DNA of 64,000 nucleotides from the NCBI GenBank assembly GCA_951406725.2, contig OX597821.1, positions 3,968,001 through 4,032,000 on the forward strand, written 5' to 3'. Shown in pieces: positions 54,623 through 64,000 of the stretch (position 1 is its first letter; every line of letters starts with the position of its first letter). The notes beneath the pieces were generated by a model that had not been told where the DNA came from, searched no databases, and was given only the letters and a program-made list of their open reading frames with translations. Source of the DNA: Octopus vulgaris. Taxonomy: Eukaryota. The position numbers and the translations under genes were made by a program.

Positions 54623-54725
54623 GGAGGCGCAATGGCCCAGTGGTTAGGGAAGCGGACTCGCGATCGTAGGATCGCGATTTCGATTTCCAGAGCGGGCGTT
54701 GTGAGTGTTTATTGCGCGAAAACAG
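54623..54725 (+). mobile_element. SINE family B head
   Basis: gaggcgcaatggcccagtggttagggaagcggactcgcgatcg, near-identical to the 33318 head. Confidence 0.8.
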
Positions 54726-54889
54726 ATAAATCGACTGGCCCACCAAAAAAAAAATTGGGGCCTTGTGCCTAGAGTTGCACGTCGTCCGTTAAATTAAGTA
54801 CCAGTTGCGTACAGAGATCAATCTAATCGTCTGCAATCCCCTCCCCCACAAAAAATGGAGGGGCTTTATACCTTGTGTAGAAAACAATA

Positions 54890-55530
54890 TGGCGGCGAAC
54901 TGGTAGAAACGTTAGCACGCCGGGCAATATGCGTAGCCGTATTTCGTCTGCCGTGGCGAGCTGGCAGAAATGATAGCAAACCGGGCGAGAATGCTTAACG
55001 GTATTTCGTCCGCCGTTACGTTCTGAGTTCAAATTCCGCCGATGTCGACTTTGCCTTTCATCCTTTCGGGGTCTATAAATTAAGTACCAGTTACGCACTG
55101 GAGTCGATGTAATCGACTTAATCCGTTTGACTGTCCTTTGTTCCCTCTGTGTTTAGCCATTTGTGGGTAGTAAAGAAATAGGCATTTCTTCTGTCTTTAC
55201 GTTCTGGGTTCAAATTCCGCCGATGTCGACTTTGCCTTTCATCCTTTCGGGGTCTATAAATTAAGTACCAGTCACGCACTGGAGTCGATGTAATCGACTT
55301 AATCCGTTTGTCTGTCCTTGTTTGTCCCCTCTGTGTTTAGCCCTTTGTGGGTAGTAAAGAAATAGGCATTTCTTCTGTCTTTACGTTCTGAGTTCAAATT
55401 CCATCGAGGTCGACCTTGCTTTTCATCCTTTCGGGGTCGATGAATTAAGTACCAGTTGCATACCGGGGTCGATCTAATCGACCCTCCACCTTTCCCCCAA
55501 GATTTCGGGCCTTTTGCATAGAGTAGAAAA
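54890..55530 (+). mobile_element. SINE family C: duplicated head + two long units + one short unit
   Basis: Heads at 54891 and 54956; units start at about 55021, 55202 and 55386. Confidence 0.9.
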
Positions 55531-56609
55531 CAAATATTCTGTCATTAACTATTATTTCTATCAGTCACTATCATTTCTACCAGTAACTTCGTAACTGATC
55601 CAAAATGATTTGTGTAATTATTCTTTCTCATATACAGATTCAAAATAGATAATAAAACGATAACTTTTGCATGGGAATTAAAGAAAGTATGCGTACGTTA
55701 AGTGGTTAATGGTGATTGTTTTATTTTCTCCCCTATTCTTATGCTCTCTGTTTGTTCTCCTGTCTCTTGTTTTTTCGCTAATCATCCATCACTATATTTT
55801 TCTTTCTTTTTCTATCTCTGATGATGTTTTCTCTTTACTTATTTTATTCTATTATTTGGTTCTCTTTTCTTTTTACTCCTTATCCTTTTTTGTACTTCTC
55901 TATTATTATAACTAACGCACGATGAATATATGAGTCTATAGGACAATAAATAGTTTTTACCGTTAACGTCGGCAACTAAATTCGCATTTGTCTCAGTTAA
56001 GGCAAATGTTTTATCGGTGCCAACTTTCTGCTATGTTGGTTTATAGGTGCTTCGTTTGCAAACTTGCAGTTTAAGAAACCGTTCCCGCCTTTTACTCTCT
56101 GTGACTACAGTCGTGGGACAAATGAAATTTCTTCAATATTGGTATCTGACTCCAAATTTCACTTGTTGATAACTCTGGTTGTTACTCAAAATTTTGTTTT
56201 TCACTTGTTTGACATGGTTGTCTGATGTACTTGGTAGTTACATTATGCATTGCGTAATCTGAATAATTATATTATGCGTATGTCAATAGAACGATTTCTA
56301 GGTTCACCCAAAATGCATTCGTCTATTCATATTATTTTTATTTCCACACGGCACACTTAGAGAGTTCTACTCTTCAGTAAAACTTTGGAATGCCATTGAA
56401 GTTGCGGATTATATTGCAACATGGAATGCAATTCTTTGACTAGTTCACTGTCAACTGTGTAATTGTGTCCAGCCAATTAGCAGAGTTCATCAGGTTGATA
56501 TACCTCGGACTCGAGCTTTTATGGATCCATTATAACCGAATGATATATGCATGTATTTACACCAACACCCACACAGTCACCTCCTCCTATATATATATAT
56601 ATATATATA

Positions 56610-57510
56610 AATAAAATGAATAAAAAATGGAGTTAAGGCAGGTGTAATCAAATATTTTTACTTTCGACACATGTTTCGAAAATTCCACTGATGCTATTCA
56701 AAAGAATAAATGGTATAAACAATGCAATCTTCTCCCCGGGAAAGTGAAAAAAACGAAACTCGTCAATAAGACATTTCTATCCATTACTCAACATTTAGGG
56801 AGCAAACTGATTTGGGATTTAAAAGACCACAATGAACAATTTCATTTAGAATGGTTGATTCTCTCAATTTCGATACCATATGACAAAGGCAAGAAATTCT
56901 GTCTTCTCTGCAATTCTGAGCTATTTTTCATTATTTTTTCTAAAAATACTCTAGTAAACACGGTTATAGAGCGAGCATACAGATGTAAGCATTTGCAAAA
57001 ACATACATTTAGTGCATATAAGTAGTCTCTATCATTATATATAATTTAAACTCTAATTTCCTTTATATTTAACATTCACTATTAATATCCCTACTCTTTC
57101 TGTTAGCTACTTATGACGTTATATCATATAACGTTTTTTTAAACAATATTAATAGCGTTCTGTCACTCGCTATACAAATCCATCATTTTTTGCTAAAATG
57201 CCTTATTGACGAGTTTCGTTTTTTTCACTTTCCTGAGGAGAAGATTGCATTGTTTATACCATTTATTCTTTTGAATAGTATCAGTGGAATTTTCGAAACA
57301 TGTGTCGAAAGTAAAAATATTTGATTACACCTGCCTTAACTCCATTTTTTAATTCATATTATTCAAAATATTCAACGTAAACACGAAGTTTCTACCTTTA
57401 TAAACAAGGAGTTACAACACCTTTACTTGTGCGATTTTTGCTGCCCTGGTGACTATTATTATTTTTTTCCGTGTTAATTGTTAACAAGGTAAAAATACAC
57501 TCGCCTATTT
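56610..57510 (+). mobile_element. 5'-truncated Penelope-like element (Hydra-clade-like C-terminus) with inverted partial pseudo-LTR, in (TA)n
   Basis: LIWDLKDHNEQFHLEWLIL...PYDKGKKFCLLCNSE...LVN...RCKH is the C-terminal GIY-YIG/zinc region. About 56620-56776 is the reverse complement of about 57196-57352. Confidence 0.8.
57227..57312 (+). ncRNA. type I hammerhead ribozyme
   Basis: acuuuc-CUGAGGA-gaagauugcauug...caguggaauuuuc-GAAA-caugu-GUC-gaaagu. 6-bp stem I, 12/13-bp basal stem II, predicted cleavage after C57306. Confidence 0.85.
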
Positions 57511-57619
57511 ATATATATACAGAGGGACAGACGGGGTGCAAAATCAGTGACATCGAGAAACACACAGAAACAGATGCATAACATTTTATATATCACTTTG
57601 TGTTAATAAAACTGCTTTA

Positions 57620-57960
57620 GAGATACGTGGTTTCGGGTTCAATCTCGCGGCGCAGTACCTTCTCAAAGTGACTGCTACCATTATCCTGTACGGACCAATT
57701 CATGCAATATGAATGGAATTAGAAAAAGGAAGCTTTGAAGAGGCGCGTCTTTTATGTGTATGTGTCTCTGTGAATCCGTGTTTTCCCGCCACACACACAC
57801 TTGAAAACGGGTGTTAGTTTGTTTATGTCGCCATAACATAGAGAAAAGACAAATGAATGCGATGCAGAAACTACCAGACATATAAAAATGTATCCAACGA
57901 AAACCATTCATGGTGGAGCTCCAGTATGGCCGCAGTCCAATTACTGCAATAAGTAAAAGA
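57620..57960 (+). mobile_element. degenerate SINE family A
   Basis: ggtttcgggttcaatc head and gctccagtatggccgcagtccaattactg..aagtaaaaga tail. Confidence 0.65.
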
Positions 57961-58903
57961 CAAAACCGAAAATATACGCTTTCAACTTGAGCGTCTGAAA
58001 GCAGATTTAACGTTTCAAGCTGTTTTTTTTTTCTTCTCTTTCCTTTCATTGGTAACTTTCACTTCGTCTCTATTCACTCTTGCAGACAACTAACCATGGA
58101 TATTTGGTTCTTTATCCATTTCTTTTTTATATTTTAGAATTCTGCTCCCGCTTTTGATGTTGCGTTTTATTCTTCCGTATGTAATTCTGTTGTGTATTTT
58201 TTCTTCATCTAAATATGTTTTTTTCTTCCTTTTACTGTTGTGTACATCGTATCAAGTTTATAATTCATTGTCTGCTTATTCACATCGATAAAACTGTTTT
58301 CTTTCATGTTACGCAATTATTCCAATCAGTCTGCCGTTTCTAACATCTAAGTATTTTCCTTGATCCAATGAAGTTACTATCAAATATTTCTCTGTATATG
58401 CATTTCTCCTACCTGTTTGTAATAATGATATATTCCATTCAGTATTTGTGTTAAGAATACAGATATTAGTTTTCTAGTTTTCCTAGCAGGCCTTTACTTT
58501 ACACTTCATTAACTTTCAATTTATTATATTGAAGATGTACTTTATGACCAGGATGTCTAGTATATTTATCGCTGTAATCTTATTTCTAGTATTAACTTTC
58601 AATCTATTACATTGAATCAGAGACGGCTAACGTATTTATCCTTATATTCTTATTTTCATCAGATGGTACATTTTCTAATATTATTCCTGATACGACATCA
58701 GAACAATTTTATAATGTTCTAATTCCTTTTCTATATATTGTCTCATTGGAGATTCATATATTCGTAAGTAATGTCAATGTTAGATCTTATCGGATTCAGT
58801 GATTTTGCAGTTTAAATCTAAAATATTTTCAATTGTAATTAATATCTCCCGGAGTGGCTTTGATTTATTTCTCTAACTCCAGTGAAATCACAATAAAAGC
58901 TTT

Positions 58904-59721
58904 GTATTTCTGATATATGTCTAAAAATATGATCCTAAATGCTATTTACTGGCTTTCAGAATCTGTTTTTGTCTCACACACAACTCATATACCTTTCCAA
59001 GAGATAAAAATCTGTAAAACACACGACACGTAATCAAATAGGGTTGGCGAAACATCACCCGTCAGTAAATCAAAATTCGAGAAATACTTAATATTCAGCT
59101 TTATTTATTCAATCCAATTATATATATTTAATATTAGAATGCTGTGAGTTAAAATCACCGTTTTCTCTTTTCAACATTTGTCTATTTATTAGCGAAGTCT
59201 CATATGAAATAATTTTTTGTTTTAATCTTGGAATTAAATGGAATTTCTGACAGGTGATTTTTGCCTACTCTATATAGACAACTGGTCTTCAAACGGAGTA
59301 TTGCACCAAATTAGGGCAGTATTCCTGATATATGTCTAAAACTTTGATCCTAAATGCACTAATGCTATTTCCCGGTTTTCATAATCTGTTTTTGTCTCAC
59401 AGACAACACATATACCTATCCAAGAGATAGAAATCTGTAAAACACGCGACAAATGAAATAGCGATGGCGAAACGTCACTCGCCAATAAATCACAATTCCA
59501 GAAATACTTAATATTCAGATTGATTTATTCATTCCAATTATGAATATTTAATAATAGAATGTTGTGAGTTAAAATCACCGTTTTCTTTTCTCAACATTTG
59601 TCGAATTATTTTGTTTTAATCTTGGAATTAAATGGTTTTGGTTTACTGCCAGGTGATTTTTGGCCAACCCTGTATTGACAAGGGGTCTTCAAACGGACTA
59701 TCGCACCAAATTAGGGCAGTA
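58904..59721. repeat. tandem duplication, two units of about 400-415 bp
   Basis: gtattYctgatatatgtctaaaa at 58904 and 59319; both units end gcaccaaattagggcagta. Confidence 0.9.
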
Positions 59722-60028
59722 GAAGGAGTATTTTTGAGTATTGTTATAAAAAAAATCTTACGGTTACTGAAAATTTACTTCCGGGAAAATCTTCCTGTGC
59801 AACGCATAATCATAAAGCATATTATCAAGAACGCTCCATGTTAATGAAACGGTCTGAGCCTGAGGTTGATGACATTGATTAGTCCTCTCCCTTAAAATTT
59901 CAGATCTTCTCCTTTTAGTAGAAACGATTATTTGTATTAAGACGGCGAGCTGGCAGAATCGTTTACACGCCGGGCAAAATCATATTCATCTATGATTAAT
60001 AACAGAAGTTAAGCAATTGTTTATTTTT

Positions 60029-60121
60029 CCAATACATTTATAATTCTCAATACATTTATATATTCTCAATACATTTATAATTCTCAATACGTTTATATAT
60101 TCTCAATATATTTATAATTCT
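60029..60121. repeat. 18-20 bp minisatellite, five copies
   Basis: caatacatttata(t)attct repeated. Confidence 0.9.
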
Positions 60122-61809
60122 AACGTATCCTTTTAACGTTTCATGTTTTACAGCTTCCAGACATTTCATGCTTGACAATTCCCAAACAAAGTATTTCACT
60201 ATATTTTAACATTCCGTGCAAAATGATGATTAATTAAATATGTCATTAATTTTTTAACTTCCTATGAGAACAATACCTGTGTTTTGCAAGCTTTTATGCT
60301 AAGCGTGTCTGTAATTTTTAACTTATGTTAAATGCAACCGTAACATTTAATCTTCCGTTGAAAGTGGGCTAGTCTATTCCCATGCAAAATGCGTCAGCAG
60401 TCTTTCACATTTCATGCAAAGTATGTCGGCTACATTTCACTTTCGATGCCGAATGTTTAAAAAATTCAATAGGAAGGTTTTCATTATTTTCATTCTTTTT
60501 ATTATTTCATATGAAGTGTAACAGCATTTTTAAAGGGTCGCAGTTCTAGAACATAACATTTTATAAAGCATTTTTAACTATTTTCATAGAGAAATGTTCC
60601 TATAATTTTCAACTTTCCATCCAAAGAGCAGCAGTGGATTATAAATTCTATACTCTATGCCTCAGTAATTTTAAATTTACTATGCAAATTATGTCAATAT
60701 TTAAATTTCTACGTCAACTGTGCCAGGAGTTTGTTTTTTTGTATTACTTTGGAATGAATGTGCCTCAGTAATATTTAATTTAAGATGCAAATTGTGTCAA
60801 TAATATTCAAATTTACATTAAAGGAATATCACTAGATTTTAACTTTCCATGTTAAATCTACCGGCATTGTGGAATGCATCCAATGTGCAACAGTAAATTT
60901 TAGCCTTCCAAGCGCCGCATAGCGGTAATTTTTAACTTTCTATATTCATATAGTGTTGAGGGTGTTGTACTTAGAATCGTAGGGTCGTCCTTTCGAATCT
61001 TGGATAGGGCAGCGCGTTGTGTTCTTTTGTAAAACGTTTCATGTCGCGTTGATCAATTCCGTTGAGATACAAACGAGCTCCAGCAATAGCTGGAGAGACA
61101 CCCTGTGGTGGACAGACATCCTAGTCAGTACGGTGAGTTTTACACTTCAGTGGTAGGCCACAGAAACCGAATTAAAGTCCGGCCATATGATACCTCATAT
61201 TCAAGGTAGAGCTGAGTAGAGAAAATTCTTTCTACTCTGAGCAAGAGGCCTGAAATTTTGGTGGAGGTGTCTAATCAGTTACAGCGATGCCAGTTCTCAA
61301 ATGGTATTTATTTCATTGAGTGCTACAGGTAGAAAGACAAAGCTGACATCGATAGTATTTGAACTGAGAAGGTAAAGAGTCGGAAGAAATACTACTATTA
61401 ATTTTACCCGAAGTGTTAACCATTGTTCCAGTTCACCATCGTGATTTAATTCTAAATTATGCGAATTGCACAATGATCTAATCTTATAACTTCTGTGTTT
61501 AAATTCACCACTGAATCCAGTTTCCTCTTTATGGTGTTCCACTAGCAAAATATGATGTTTCATATAATTTCATATCTATCAACCAAAATGAGAAGACGTT
61601 TGAAAGAAATTGATGATAGACTAATTTAGATGGAGGGAACACTTTGCACTTTCGATCGGAAGCTGCACGGGAACATAGTTGATATGATATATTTATGATA
61701 TATATAATATTCCTCGTGCATTCTCATCTTGTAAAAGCCCCATTTCAAAATGCCTCCCATTTTTCTCTTCACATTTGAACATTATCGAAATACTCTTTTG
61801 GTACTGAGT

Positions 61810-62069
61810 AGTTATATACTGTCAACTTAATGTGACAGTCCGATGAAGGGAATCACACTTCTGCTATTTAGGCCTGTGAATCAGCAACGCTTCCTGTCGG
61901 TATTGACACATTTGCTGTGTCCTTATGTTTACAAGAGGGAGACAAGCACCTCCAACCAGACAAGCACCTCCACCCAGGCCGACAGGAATCGTTGATGCTT
62001 CCTAGGGCTAAATAGCAGCGAGGTGATTCCTTTCATGGGCCTGTCATATTGAGTTGACAGTATACAACT
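61810..62069. mobile_element. MITE with about 90-bp terminal inverted repeats
   Basis: agttatatactgtcaacttaatgtgacag...cctgtcgg versus ccgacagg...ctgtcatattgagttgacagtatacaact. Confidence 0.85.
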
Positions 62070-63544
62070 CTACTGTTCCACTACTGCTTATATCTCTCTG
62101 AGATTTTAGAAATGTAATAACTCGACTTTTAGTACTGTTGTATTACAAATGAAAAGGAGTCATGTATACTATGAATAGATTTTAACTCCTTTTGACAACC
62201 AAGGCATGAATTTATTACAGGTTTGTTTCTTTTTTTCTCCGTAGTTCAGGTCCTCTTGTAACATATTTGTTATATTTCTCGATTCATAGCTGTCATTTTA
62301 GAAATACAATTTCAATATATGTTTGGAACACACTTTTTCGATCAGTAGTTTGTCGGAACACTTTCCCCTCAGTTGAAGAGATCTGATATTTTCTGCTCGG
62401 GTAGCTTGTCAAGGGGTAATTCTGGTCTCTCTGGTCTCTGTATTAATTCTTGATTACCGTACCTGCTGTGCAATGTTTATTGATTAACTGTTTTGCCTCA
62501 TTAACCAGTAATTTTGGACTTAATTAAATTCATAATCCTTCCGGTTACTAAACACTCTGATAGCTAAATTTGACAACGATGCTGATGCTACTGTAATTTC
62601 TTTCACTCTCTTTCTCTTTCCTTCTGTCTATTTACATCGGATTTTATCTCTCCAACTCTGTTTCTCTCGCTCTTTTCGTTCATGATTTTCTTAAACTATT
62701 CTGCCAACATAATATTCTGGATTATATATCTTAATGTATTTGGATTTAGGTGCTCAATGTTATTTCTACTCTAAGTGTTTAAAATTGATGTTCTTATAAA
62801 ACCTTTAGTATTCGCTGGAATGATAAAAATCTCGTATGAGTACTTACATATTTCAATTATTCAATTATTTACTCCTCACCATGATAGCGTTTCGTTCTTG
62901 AAACTATTCACGCTCAATACATGCTTTGTGCTTTACATATTTGTGTTGATATTATACAAAAAACATAGTAATATGGCGCTGTCATTTGCCTGCAGGTTCC
63001 CTAAACTGGAGCTTATTTCGTCTTCCTTCTTGTATTATATGCGAGACCTAGAACATAAATTCTCACCATGTGAATGGGACACTAGTCCATCGCAGAATTA
63101 ACCGGTAGCTGATGTTGATGCATATTTTAAACTACTTTCACAGGAATAAAGAAACGTAAATTGCTTGCGGAAGTATACAACGTACCCCAGGCAGCAGACA
63201 TTCAGTCATGACTTTATTTTTCTCAGCCCGTGTGCCGAAACACTGGGCCACGCAGGTTTCCCGCTTTGATATTACACGATATAGGCATTTATTATATTGT
63301 CAATACTATATGATAATATCATATCTTTTATATGGCACTATTTGGAAGGAAGAAGCACAGGGTTAAGAAATGTGTTCTTTATTTAGGATCAAAAGCCTTA
63401 CCCTAAGATAATCCGTAATATAGACGTATATATCGTCCTAGTATTTCTTTAATCTTTAAAGTTATTGTCACATTTTGAACATTATCAATGTGAAGGGGAA
63501 TAAACAAATACACACACACACACACACATTATTTCTTTAAATTC

Positions 63545-63830
63545 TTACAGTCTTTCTTCTGTCATTTTCTTGTATTTCCTTCCAGACGTTTTGCATTTTT
63601 TTCTTATAACCTCGTAGAGACTGTCATCCTCGCCAGGCCTACTAAAGAAATAGCACTCTATTAAAGCTACATTCAATTTCTCCGACCATTTTTCTCTGGC
63701 AACAGCTGGATCACAACCTGGTCGGTGCCACCAAACCATGGGGCAGTGACGGGCGTAGCAACTCCAGCATTACTTTCCTCCAGCATCATTCACGCGCGTA
63801 TTTTAATTCAATAGTTTTTCTATTTCATTC
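63545..63830 (-). pseudogene. 5' (N-terminal) fragment of an R4/Dong-like element
   Basis: REKWSEKLNVALIECYFFSRP, then frameshifted RGYKKKMQNVWKE, then TEERL; this is the KW...CY...GY..M...W...TEQRL pattern of R4-clade N-termini. Confidence 0.65.
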
Positions 63831-63884
63831 AAAATGGGATTGGTATTGACGGGGTACCGCAAACATCAGTAATTTTATTTATAC

Positions 63885-64000
63885 CCATTTCTGTACAACC
63901 CACAAGAGGCTAAACACAGAGAGGACAAACAAGGACAGACAAACGGATTAAGTCGATTATATCCACCCCAGTGCGTAACTGGTATTATTTAATCGAGCCC
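63885..64000 (-). mobile_element. SINE family C long unit, cut by the window end
   Basis: ggctaaacacagagaggacaaacaaggacagacaaacggattaagtcgat is the reverse complement of the long unit. Confidence 0.85.

Noticed and set aside
58345-58420. Minus-strand SLDQGKYLD resembling an L1/Tx1 RT motif
   Set aside because: Neighbouring RT motifs were not found.
59311-59316. TTAGGG telomeric hexamer
   Set aside because: A single unit per duplicated copy, not an array.

Overview
Eukaryotic, AT-rich, extremely microsatellite-dense DNA. The SINE/LINE repertoire and simple-repeat load look most like an octopod cephalopod (Octopus); this is inferred, not proven. I find no intact host gene and no true tRNA/rRNA, and nearly all supplied ORFs are translations of (TA)n, (CA)n, (TAGA)n, (AAT)n or (GAT)n runs. 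The window holds decayed mobile elements: a DD37D Tc1/mariner transposase fragment, two R4/Dong-like RLE retrotransposons head-to-tail in one (AAT)n tract, RTE and CR1-like LINE fragments, three tRNA-derived SINE families, MITEs, and many Penelope-like element (PLE) remnants. The most interesting signal is RNA-level. There are two well-formed type I hammerhead ribozymes with very long stem II (12880-12962 minus; 57227-57312 plus, the latter inside an inverted pseudo-LTR next to a GIY-YIG remnant). There is also a four-copy family of minimal hammerheads with a U at core position 6, and two circularly permuted (type II-like) hammerhead motifs with an insert before stem II. Folds were paired by eye and element families assigned from remembered motifs; none were checked by search or computation.
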